DNA of 17,581 bases from Candidatus Rokuibacteriota bacterium (GCA_044866005.1 JBIOTN010000171.1:1-17581); one strand, 5' to 3'; positions 8,833 through 16,696 are shown, counted from the first letter of the stretch. Made by a program: numbers and translations. Notes: generated by a model from the letters alone, not told the origin.

Positions 8833-10601
8833 GCCCCCTCCCGGTCCCGGCGCCGCGCGTCAGCGTCATCGTGTGCACCTACAACCGGCCGGGCTGGCTT
8901 CGCGCGGCGCTTGGCTCGGTCCTCGCGCAGGACGTGGATGCCTTCGAGGTCCTCGTGGTCGACGACGGGAGCGAGCCGCCCGTCCGGCTGCCGCCGGAGA
9001 GCCAGGGGCGCTGCCGTCTCGTCCGCACGCCCCACCGCGGCGTCGGGGCCGCCCGCGCGGCCGGGCTCGACGCGGCCCGCGGCGAGCTCGTCGCCTACTG
9101 CGACGACGACGACGCGTGGGCGCCGGGCCACCTCCGGGCACTGCTCCTCTACCTGGAGGCGCACCCGGAGGTCGATCTGGTGTACGGCGACTCCGTGTGG
9201 CGCCATCCGGACGGCTCGACCGCCGTTCCCTACTCGGTGGACTACGACCGCGTCGACCTCAGCGGCTACAACTACGTCTTCGCGACCGACGTGCTGCACC
9301 GTGCCCGGGCCGCCCGCGCGGCCGGGGGCTTCGACCCCTCGCTCCGGGCCCACGAGGACTGGGACCTCTGGCTGCGGATGGGCCAGCGACACCTCCTCCG
9401 CCATCTGCCCGTCGTGCTCGCGTCCCACGCCTGGCACCCCGACGCGGTCTCCGCCACGCCGCACTGGGATGACTGGGCGCGGGTCTACGGCGGTCAGCAG
9501 GCGCGCCTCGGCCGGGACGCGCCGGAACGCCGGGCGGCGCGGGTCGTGCCGTTCGACCGCCGGACGTGGCGGGAGGGGCGGCGGGAGCTCCTCTGGCACT
9601 CCCTGCTCCGGCCCGACGACGGCTTCGGCGCGGTCGGGCGACGGCTGCTCCGCGCGGTGGAGCGCCGGGGGGTCGAGGTGCGGCTGGCGCCCTTCGGCAA
9701 CCAGCCGGTCGTCGGGTTCGAGCGCCTGGAAAGGCCCCTGGACCACTGGGGGCGGCTCGCCTTCCACTACGACTACCGCCTCGGCCCGGCGGTCCTGCCG
9801 TCCGAGCGGATCGTGCAGTACTCGATGTGGGAGTCCACGGCGATCCCCGCGCCGCACGTGGACGAGACCAACCGCGTCAGTGCGCTCCTCTACGTCCCCT
9901 GCGCGCAGAACCGCGAGGCGTTCCGCGAGGCCGGCGTTCGCGTCCCGATCGAGGTCCTGCCTCACGGCGTGGACCCCGAGGAGTTTCCCGGTCTGGAGCG
10001 CCGGCGCTCGGACCACTACACCTTCGGCACCTATGGCGCCCTGTCGCCGCGCAAGGGGATCGACGTCCTCCTTCGCGCCTTCCTGGACGAGTTCTCCCCC
10101 GCGGAGCCCGTTCGGCTCATCCTGAAGACCGTCGCGCCCGCTCCCGCCTATCGCGTGGAGGATCCCCGCGTCGTCTTCCGCACGGGCTTCTTCGATCACC
10201 CGGGGCTCCTCGACTTCCTCCGGCAGCTGGACGCCTTCGTCCTGCCCTCCCGCGGCGAGGGGTTCGGGTTGTGCGGGCTCGAAGCCATGGCCACCGGGCT
10301 GCCCCTCATCGCGACGGACTGGAGCGGGCCGGCTGACTACCTCGATCCCGAGGACAGCTTCCCGCTGGCGTACCGGCTCGTCGAGGCGCGCGGCACCGAG
10401 GCGCATCGCCGGCGCTTCTTCGGGCTGTGGGCCGAGCCCGACGAGGAGCATCTCCGGTCGCTGATGCGCTGGCTGTACGAGCATCCCGAGGACGGCGCGA
10501 AGAAGGGACGGCTGGCCTCGCAGCGGATCCACACGGGCTGGACCTGGGACCGGGTCGCGCGGCAGATGTGCGAGGACCTCGATGCCATCGCCAGCGAGTG
10601 A
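8829..10601 (+). CDS. Bifunctional GT2 + GT4 glycosyltransferase, 590 aa
   Basis: Start ATG 8829. GT2 part: VSVIVCTYNR, VVDDGS, YCDDDD and HEDWDLWLR. GT4 part: MWEST, PHGVDP, RKGIDVLL, LPSRGEGFGLCGLEAMATGLP and WAEPD. Confidence 0.9.
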   Translation: MSPLPVPAPRVSVIVCTYNRPGWLRAALGSVLAQDVDAFEVLVVDDGSEPPVRLPPESQGRCRLVRTPHRGVGAARAAGLDAARGELVAYCDDDDAWAPGHLRALLLYLEAHPEVDLVYGDSVWRHPDGSTAVPYSVDYDRVDLSGYNYVFATDVLHRARAARAAGGFDPSLRAHEDWDLWLRMGQRHLLRHLPVVLASHAWHPDAVSATPHWDDWARVYGGQQARLGRDAPERRAARVVPFDRRTWREGRRELLWHSLLRPDDGFGAVGRRLLRAVERRGVEVRLAPFGNQPVVGFERLERPLDHWGRLAFHYDYRLGPAVLPSERIVQYSMWESTAIPAPHVDETNRVSALLYVPCAQNREAFREAGVRVPIEVLPHGVDPEEFPGLERRRSDHYTFGTYGALSPRKGIDVLLRAFLDEFSPAEPVRLILKTVAPAPAYRVEDPRVVFRTGFFDHPGLLDFLRQLDAFVLPSRGEGFGLCGLEAMATGLPLIATDWSGPADYLDPEDSFPLAYRLVEARGTEAHRRRFFGLWAEPDEEHLRSLMRWLYEHPEDGAKKGRLASQRIHTGWTWDRVARQMCEDLDAIASE

Positions 10602-11784
10602 GGGCGGCGGCGCGCGCCTGGCGACGGTCCTCATCAACAACTACAACTATGGGCGCTTCCTCCGGGACGCGATCGACAGCGCGCTCGGGCAGACCTATCC
10701 GCGGGTGGAGGTCGTCGTGGTCGACGACGGCTCCACCGATGACTCGCGACGGGTCATCGACGCGTACGGGCGGCGGATCGTCCCCGTGCTGAAGGCGAAC
10801 GGCGGTCAGGAGTCGGCCGTCAACGCCGGCTTCGCCGTGAGCCGCGGCGAGGTCGTGTGCCTGCTGGATTCGGACGACACGCTGGCCTCCACCGCGCTCG
10901 AGCGCGCGGTCCCGTGCTTCGGCGACCCGGCCGTGGTGAAGGTGCACTGGCCGGTCCGCGTCGTCGACGAGCGGGGTCGGCCCCTGGATCGGATCGTGCC
11001 CGGGCCCGCGCTGCCCGCGGGGGACCTGCTGCCCCTCGTCCTCCGCTACGGGCCGAACGCCTACGCGACCTCCGGCACCTGCGGCAGCGCCTGGGCCCGC
11101 AGCTTCCTCGCGCGCGTGCTCCCCGCCCCCCCCAGCCCGCTCCGCTCGGGGACGGTGGAGGCCTACCTGTCCATGCTGGCGCCGGTGTTCGGGCGCGTCG
11201 CGAGCGTCTCCGACGCCCTGGGCTGCTACCGCATGCATGGCGACAACAACTACCTGGGGCGGCTCCTCGAGCGGCTGCCCCTGGCGATCCGCGCCCACGA
11301 GGAGCTCTGGGTCGCGCTGGCCCGAGTCCTCGAGGGGCGGGGGATCCCCGCGGACCGCGGCTCGTGGGAGCGACATTCCTGGCTGCACCGGCTGAAGCAG
11401 GCCCTCGCCGAGCTCGAAGAGCTCGTCCCGGCCGGCGCGACCTACATCCTGGTGGACGAGGACCAGTGGGCGTTGCCGCAGACGATGGCCGGGCGGCGCC
11501 GCGTGCCGTTCGTCGAGCGGGACGGGATCTACTGGGGTCCGCCCCCGGACGCGACGACGGCGATCGGCGAGCTCACGCGACTGCGAGCGGCCGGCGCCCA
11601 GCTCCTCGTGTTCGGCTGGCCGGCCTTCTGGTGGCTCGACCATTACGAGGGCCTGCACCGATACCTGCGCCGGACGTTCCCCTGTCTTCTGGCGAACGAC
11701 CGGCTCGTGGTCTTCGACCTGCGGGCGGGCCCGCCCGAACGTGCCCCCGGTCTGCGGGCCGCGGAACCCTCGAGGCGCGGGTGA
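10582..11784 (+). CDS. GT2 glycosyltransferase with C-terminal unnamed ~114-aa 'WW' domain, 400 aa
   Basis: GAGGA lies upstream of ATG 10582, and the gene overlaps the previous one by 20 nt. Motifs: TVLINNYNYGRFL, VVDDGSTD, NGGQESAVNAG, LLDSDD and YRMHGDN. The C-terminal domain spans 11380-11721. Confidence 0.88.
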   Translation: MPSPASEGGGARLATVLINNYNYGRFLRDAIDSALGQTYPRVEVVVVDDGSTDDSRRVIDAYGRRIVPVLKANGGQESAVNAGFAVSRGEVVCLLDSDDTLASTALERAVPCFGDPAVVKVHWPVRVVDERGRPLDRIVPGPALPAGDLLPLVLRYGPNAYATSGTCGSAWARSFLARVLPAPPSPLRSGTVEAYLSMLAPVFGRVASVSDALGCYRMHGDNNYLGRLLERLPLAIRAHEELWVALARVLEGRGIPADRGSWERHSWLHRLKQALAELEELVPAGATYILVDEDQWALPQTMAGRRRVPFVERDGIYWGPPPDATTAIGELTRLRAAGAQLLVFGWPAFWWLDHYEGLHRYLRRTFPCLLANDRLVVFDLRAGPPERAPGLRAAEPSRRG

Positions 11785-13637
11785 TGGGACTTCGGCTGAA
11801 TCTCGCCTGCGGCGGCGACATCGTGCCGGGGTACGTCAACCACGATGTCGCCAGACACCGAGCGGAGGTGGACGTCGCCCACGACCTCCGCGTCCTGCCG
11901 TGGCCGTGGGCCGACGACAGCGCGGAGGTCATCCGGCTCCTCAACGTCCTGGAGCATCTGCCGGACGTCGTGCCGGTGATCGACGAGTGCTGGCGGATCC
12001 TGCAGCCGGGGGGCCTGCTGCACCTCAGCGTCCCGCACTACCTCCACGAGACCGCGTGGCTCGATCCGACGCACCGCCGTCCGTTCCATCTCGACAGCTT
12101 CGACTACTTCGACCCCGACACGCCGTGGGGGCAGAAGTACGGCTTCTATACCGAGCGAAAGTGGAGACTGGGGTTCAAGCAGCTGATGGCCGGCGACGTC
12201 GTGGTCTTCATGCACGCGCGGAAGGGCGGCGAGTGCGACCCGCCGGGCTGGGTCCCGCTCACCTGGGGAGAGCGCATCTACCGGGCGGCCCGGGACCTCG
12301 CCGGCCTCCTGGGTCCGGCCGACGCCGTCGTCCTGGTCGACCAGGACGAGTGGGCGGTGGGCGACGTCTTCGCCGGGCGCGTGCGCCGGCACTACCCCGA
12401 GCGGGACGGCCGCTACGGAGGGCCGCCGGCCAACGACGACGCCGCGATCCGAGAGCTCGAGCGGCTGCGCCAGTCGGGGGTCGCGGCGATCGCGTTCGCC
12501 TGGCCGGCCTTCTGGTGGCTCGAGTACTACGGCGCCCTCAACCGGTACCTGCGGGCGACGTTCCGCTGCCTGCTGGAGAACGATCGGCTCGTGGTGTTCG
12601 ATCTGTCGCGCGCCGCGCGCGCGATCGAGCGGCCGGCGCCCGCGCCGCCGGAGATGAAAGACGACTGGGATCGGCGCGCTCGGGAGGACGCCCTCTTCTA
12701 CATCGACACCGCCTCGCGGACGGAGGAGGCGTTCCGGGTCCGGGCGGCGGCGGACGCCGAGCGGATCCTGGCCGACGTCGGCGGGCCGCTCGGGCCGGAG
12801 TCCTCGGTGCTGGAGATCGGCTGCGGCGTCGGTCGGCTCCTGGAGGAGATGGCCGGGCGGTTTCGCGAGGTCTGGGGCGTGGACGTCTCCGGCGAGATGA
12901 TCCGGCAGGCCCGCCAGCGACTGGCCCACCGGCCCCACGTCCGGGTGCTCGAGAATAGCGGCGCCGACCTGGCCGGCCTCCCCGGCGGGCACTTCGACCT
13001 CTGCTACTCCTTCATCGTCTTCCAGCACGTCCCGGACCGCCGCGTCGTCGTCGACTACCTTCGCGAGGCCTACCGCGTGCTGAAGCCGCGGGGCCTCCTC
13101 AAGGTCCAGGTCGGCGGCGTGTTTGCCAGTAACCCCTTCCGGCACTACTACGCGCAGCGGGCGACGGACACGTGGGAGGGCGTGCGCTTCACGATGTCGG
13201 AGATCGTCGGCGCCGTCGAGGACGTCGGCTTCCGCGTCCTGTCGGCCTATCACGCCGACGAAACGCAGCTCTACCTCTGGGTGGTCGCCCGAAAGGACGG
13301 GCCCGACGAGTGGGAGTCGGTCTACTTCGCGGCCGGCCGCGCGCTGGCTCAGCTCGCCGCGCCGGGCTCCCCGGTCGTCGTGCCCGAGCACGGCGTCGCC
13401 GACTTCCTGGCGGCAGCCGGCGCGGATGGGGTCCACTTCCTCTATCCTGACGCCCCGGCCGACGGGGCGCAGGCCATCGCGACGCTGGAACGCCTCCGGC
13501 GCCAGGGAGCCCGGTATCTGGTGCTGACCCGGTACGGCTTCTGGTGGTTCGACTACTACCGCGCGTTCGCCGACCACCTCCGCAGCCGGTACCCCGCGGT
13601 CGCAGAGACAGGCGACTACGTGATCTTCGAGCTGGGG
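11380..13637 (+). repeat. Three dispersed copies of an ~110-aa protein domain (11380-11721, 12264-12605, 13311-13637)
   Basis: Copies 1 and 2 align without gaps over 114 aa, with 59 identities by manual count (shared LVDxDxW, ERDGxYxGPP, AIxELxRLR, WPAFWWL, CLLxNDRLVVFDL). Copy 3 is more diverged: AIATLERLRRQGARYLVLTRYGFWWFDYY...YVIFEL. Confidence 0.85.
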
Positions 13638-13640
13638 TGA
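11784..13640 (+). CDS. Double class I SAM-dependent methyltransferase, each MT domain followed by the unnamed 'WW' domain, 618 aa
   Basis: GTGATG junction at 11781-11786 overlaps the previous stop. MT1: RLNLACG, DLRVLPWPWADDS, NVLEHL, WRILQPGG and DPTH. MT2: VLEIGCGVGR, GVDVSGEM, FDLCYSFIVFQH and EAYRVLKPRG. Confidence 0.88.
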   Translation: MGLRLNLACGGDIVPGYVNHDVARHRAEVDVAHDLRVLPWPWADDSAEVIRLLNVLEHLPDVVPVIDECWRILQPGGLLHLSVPHYLHETAWLDPTHRRPFHLDSFDYFDPDTPWGQKYGFYTERKWRLGFKQLMAGDVVVFMHARKGGECDPPGWVPLTWGERIYRAARDLAGLLGPADAVVLVDQDEWAVGDVFAGRVRRHYPERDGRYGGPPANDDAAIRELERLRQSGVAAIAFAWPAFWWLEYYGALNRYLRATFRCLLENDRLVVFDLSRAARAIERPAPAPPEMKDDWDRRAREDALFYIDTASRTEEAFRVRAAADAERILADVGGPLGPESSVLEIGCGVGRLLEEMAGRFREVWGVDVSGEMIRQARQRLAHRPHVRVLENSGADLAGLPGGHFDLCYSFIVFQHVPDRRVVVDYLREAYRVLKPRGLLKVQVGGVFASNPFRHYYAQRATDTWEGVRFTMSEIVGAVEDVGFRVLSAYHADETQLYLWVVARKDGPDEWESVYFAAGRALAQLAAPGSPVVVPEHGVADFLAAAGADGVHFLYPDAPADGAQAIATLERLRRQGARYLVLTRYGFWWFDYYRAFADHLRSRYPAVAETGDYVIFELG

Positions 13641-13662
13641 CCGCTACGCCGGCCGCCGGCCC

Positions 13663-14823
13663 ATGAGCTCGCGCGTCCGGATCGTGCTCGGCAACGGGTC
13701 CCTCGTCGGCTATCCGGAGGGCGGGGGACACTGGAGCTTCTTCCTGCAGTACCTCTTCGGGCTCTCCGCTCTCGGCCACGACGTCTTCTGGCTCGAGCTG
13801 GTGCCCGCCGGCGGGGAGCCCTCCCGGGATCGGCGGCGGATCGGCCGATTCCTGCGGCGCGTCCGCCGCTACGGCTTCGCCGATCGGTGCGCCGTCCTGG
13901 TGCACGATCCCGCCGAGCGCCCGAGCCTGGAGAGCGCGGAGCCGCACGGGATGACCGGTCGCCGCCTGGGCGAGGTGGTCCGGAGCGCGGATCTCCTCTG
14001 GAACTTCGCCTGCGCCGTCCGACAGCCCCTGCTGTCGCTGTTCCGGCGCCGCGTCCTGCTCGACGTCGACCCCGGGCACCTCCAGGTCGCGGCGCTCACG
14101 TGTGACCTCGACATCCAGGCGCACGACGTCCTCCTCACGACCGGCTTGAACTTCGGCGACCCGGAGTGCGAGGCCCCGAGCCTCGGCCGCGAGTGGCGCC
14201 GCTTCCGGCCGATCGTCTACCTGCCGATGTGGCCGCCGGCGGGAGACCCCGGCCCGCGCGCGCCGTTCACCTCGGTGACCCAGTGGACGTGGGAGGAGCT
14301 GTGGCTCGACGGTCGCGTCCTGAGCGTGTCGAAGCGGGACGCCTACCTCGCGTACCTCGAGCTGCCCCCGCGGGCAGGCCGGCCCTTCGAGCTGGCCACC
14401 AACATCCACCCGCTGGACCGGACGGGCGACCGCGAGCTCCTGGAGCGGCACGGCTGGCGCCTGGTCCACCCGCATCGGGTCGCCGCCTCGCCGGGTGCCT
14501 ATCGCCGTTACATCCGCCGCTCCCGCGGGGAGATCCTGTGCCCGAAGCCGATCCACCGCGCGCTGCGAACGGGCTGGTTCAGCGAGCGGAGCGCCGGGTA
14601 CCTCGCCACCGGGCGCCCGGTGGTCGCGGAGGACACCGGCTTCACGCGGCACGTGCCGGTCGGCCACGGGCTCCTGGCCTTTCGCACGCTGGAGGAAGCG
14701 GCCGCGGCGGTCGCGGACATCGACGCCCGCTACTCGCACCACATGAAGGCCGCCCGCGACCTGGCCGAGTCCTACTTCGACGCCCGGCGCTGCCTCCCGG
14801 CCATGCTGGCCGCCTCCGGCTGA
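13663..14823 (+). CDS. Uncharacterised GT-B-fold glycosyltransferase-like protein, 386 aa (paralog of 6600..7781)
   Basis: GGHWSFFLQYLFGLSALGHDVFWLE, DVDPGHLQ, TGLNFGDPEC, APFTSV, LLERHGWRL, YRRYIRRSRGE and TGWFSERSAGYLATGRPVVAEDTGF are all collinear with motifs in the 6600 protein. Confidence 0.65.
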   Translation: MSSRVRIVLGNGSLVGYPEGGGHWSFFLQYLFGLSALGHDVFWLELVPAGGEPSRDRRRIGRFLRRVRRYGFADRCAVLVHDPAERPSLESAEPHGMTGRRLGEVVRSADLLWNFACAVRQPLLSLFRRRVLLDVDPGHLQVAALTCDLDIQAHDVLLTTGLNFGDPECEAPSLGREWRRFRPIVYLPMWPPAGDPGPRAPFTSVTQWTWEELWLDGRVLSVSKRDAYLAYLELPPRAGRPFELATNIHPLDRTGDRELLERHGWRLVHPHRVAASPGAYRRYIRRSRGEILCPKPIHRALRTGWFSERSAGYLATGRPVVAEDTGFTRHVPVGHGLLAFRTLEEAAAAVADIDARYSHHMKAARDLAESYFDARRCLPAMLAASG

Positions 14824-15154
14824 GGGGCGTCCCCCCCGGGGGTTGCCTCCGCCTCGCCGTTCCAGATGCCGGCCGGCATCCCGACGCGTCCGGCCGTGCG
14901 CGGCTCACCTCGATGGACGCAACGCCGCGCGCATCCGTGGCGGCCGGCCCCGCCGGGGGCTTTCGCGTACTCATTGTCCCGCAAGCGCCCCCCCCAATTG
15001 TGCCCGCCGCGCGGCCGACCTACCCTCGGCAAAACCCCGACCGACCGGGGACGGCGGCGCGTCCATTGCGTTCGCGGCTGCGCGACCCCCGGCCGGCGGC
15101 GGAAGATCGGGAGGGCGTCGAGCCTCGCCGTCTGACATGCGGCGGCCCGAGCGG

Positions 15155-15170
15155 CCTCCCGACCGGGAGG
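15155..15170 (+). promoter_or_regulatory. Shine-Dalgarno GGGAGG (15165-15170) inside an anti-SD hairpin
   Basis: CCTCCC-GACC-GGGAGG lies 10 nt upstream of TTG 15181. An alternative partner for the anti-SD, TCGGGAGG, lies at 15107-15114. Confidence 0.4.
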
Positions 15171-15180
15171 GTGCTGGGCG

Positions 15181-16500
15181 TTGGGGAGGGGGAAGGTCTG
15201 GCTTGGCGCCGTCATGCTGATCGTCGCGCTCGCCGCGCCCGACCGGGGGCACGCCGAGGAGCCGGGGTCGGGCGCCCCCGCGCCGGTGACCCGGGCCGCC
15301 GAGAATCAAGCGGGCGGAGCGTCCGGCGCGCCACCGGTCTGGATCTTCCTCGAGCGCTGGCTCTGGGCCGGGGACATCCACGCTCCTGACTACCCCATGG
15401 ACGAGGCGGCCGACCTCCTGTGGGAGCCGGCCCTCCACCTCCGCTTCCCGGGTCGCGTCACCAGCGCATACCGTGAGACGCCGAAGGCCGGCGGCACCGA
15501 GCCGAACGGCGGCCTCCTGGTCGATCTCGCCGCCAATGCGACGACCCGGCTGTGGAGCGGTCAGGTCCGGGCGGAGGGGCACGTCACCGCGCTCGAGGCG
15601 GATCTGCCCGTCCCGCCCGAGGAGCGCCACGATGCGCCGCGGTTCGGTCAGCTCCGTCTGGCCGGGCAGTGGGACTGGTTCGAGCTCGGAGTCCAGGGCT
15701 ACTCGGTGACGCCCGGGCTCGAGACGGTCACGAGCCCGCGCCTGCCCGGCGACGAGGACGCGGTCCAGACGTGGCTCGAGACGCGCCTCGGCCCCGCCCG
15801 TGTCAAGGGCTACCTCGTAGAGAAGGCCGACAACGCGGTCGACGACCCGCGCCGGGGACGGACGACGCGCACCGAGGCGGGCCTGTCGATCCAGGCCTCG
15901 CTGCCCGCGGGCTCTCTCCTGACCGTCGGGTACGCGCACGGGGTATCCGAGCCGAGCCCGCCGGAGCGCCAGCGAGAGGCGGCGGCCGGCGAGGCGCGGA
16001 GCTACGACAAGGTCCACGCCTCCCTCTACTACTACGGCGGCGAAACCTGGGACGCGACCCTCGGGGCCACGGCCACCCCCAGCCGCGATGCGAAGGGCGG
16101 CCGCGAGATCCTCGCCTCGACCTACGACCTGAGCCTCACCTACCGCCCGAGCGGTCGCCTCGGGCTGACGCCGATCCTCGGGTTCTCCAACGAGGAGTAC
16201 CGGTGGAGCGGGACGGGCACCCGCACCCTCTTCGGGGCGCTCTCGCTCTGGTACGTCGTGCGACGCGACCTGGACGCGAGCGTGTATGCCGACTACGCCC
16301 GGAGCTACCTGAGTGACGGGCTGTACGACGGGCGCACGCTGACGGCCTCGACGAGCCTCGTCTGGCACCTCCGGCGCGACGCCCCGGCCCGGACCAGCCT
16401 CGCCTTCGACTTCGGCTATACCCGCTACCTGGATACCGCCTCGTCCTACGGGTCGGCCGACCTGTACGGCATCGTCGTCCTGCGGATCGTCGGCTTCTAG
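15181..16500 (+). CDS. Exported protein, probable outer-membrane beta-barrel of unknown family, 439 aa
   Basis: Sec-type signal MGRGKVWLGAVMLIVALAAPDRGHA|EE. Many amphipathic alternating strands with aromatic ends (TYDLSLTY, LFGALSLWY, LDASVYADY, LAFDFGY). The C-terminal strand LYGIVVLRIVGF ends in Phe, like a BAM beta-signal. Confidence 0.65.
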   Translation: MGRGKVWLGAVMLIVALAAPDRGHAEEPGSGAPAPVTRAAENQAGGASGAPPVWIFLERWLWAGDIHAPDYPMDEAADLLWEPALHLRFPGRVTSAYRETPKAGGTEPNGGLLVDLAANATTRLWSGQVRAEGHVTALEADLPVPPEERHDAPRFGQLRLAGQWDWFELGVQGYSVTPGLETVTSPRLPGDEDAVQTWLETRLGPARVKGYLVEKADNAVDDPRRGRTTRTEAGLSIQASLPAGSLLTVGYAHGVSEPSPPERQREAAAGEARSYDKVHASLYYYGGETWDATLGATATPSRDAKGGREILASTYDLSLTYRPSGRLGLTPILGFSNEEYRWSGTGTRTLFGALSLWYVVRRDLDASVYADYARSYLSDGLYDGRTLTASTSLVWHLRRDAPARTSLAFDFGYTRYLDTASSYGSADLYGIVVLRIVGF

Positions 16501-16554
16501 CGGCGTCGCGCCGCCCGGCGTCTCCGGCGCCCGCCTCCGGCCCCCTGCGGCGGC

Positions 16555-16584
16555 TTGACAGTCGCGGCGGGCGTTTGGTACAAG
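16555..16584 (+). promoter_or_regulatory. Sigma70-type promoter
   Basis: Perfect -35 TTGACA (16555-16560), 18-nt spacer, and an extended -10 TG-G-TACAAG (16576-16584), standing out from a very GC-rich background. Confidence 0.6.
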
Positions 16585-16665
16585 TGGAGCACAGCGCCAG
16601 AGGCCGAACCCCGGGGCTCGCGGGAGGGCCGAGTGCGTAGGGAGTCTGTGAAGGCGAAAGGCCAG

Positions 16666-16696
16666 CGGCCAGTGTGGGCGCTGGCCGTTTTTGTTT
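16666..16696 (+). terminator. Intrinsic terminator within the 5' leader of the DUF465-moaC unit
   Basis: Stem CGGCCAGTG (16666-16674) / CGCTGGCCG (16679-16687) with one G-U pair and a TGGG loop, immediately followed by TTTTTGTTT. Confidence 0.65.

Noticed and set aside
15028..15100. Canonical c-di-GMP-I riboswitch call
   Set aside because: Only GGCAAA, a stem and GACG match. The GNRA tetraloop, CAAAG linker and receptor stem are missing, so it is not annotated as a feature.
16584..16640. Possible 18-codon leader peptide (GTG...TAG; VEHSARGRTPGLAGGPSA)
   Set aside because: Its start overlaps the predicted -10 box, so it would not be transcribed from that promoter. It also has no SD and no run of regulatory codons.
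16630..16645. GCGTAGGGA resembles the 3' end of a TPP riboswitch
   Set aside because: The upstream CUGAGA and ACCUGA elements are absent, and no thiamine genes follow.
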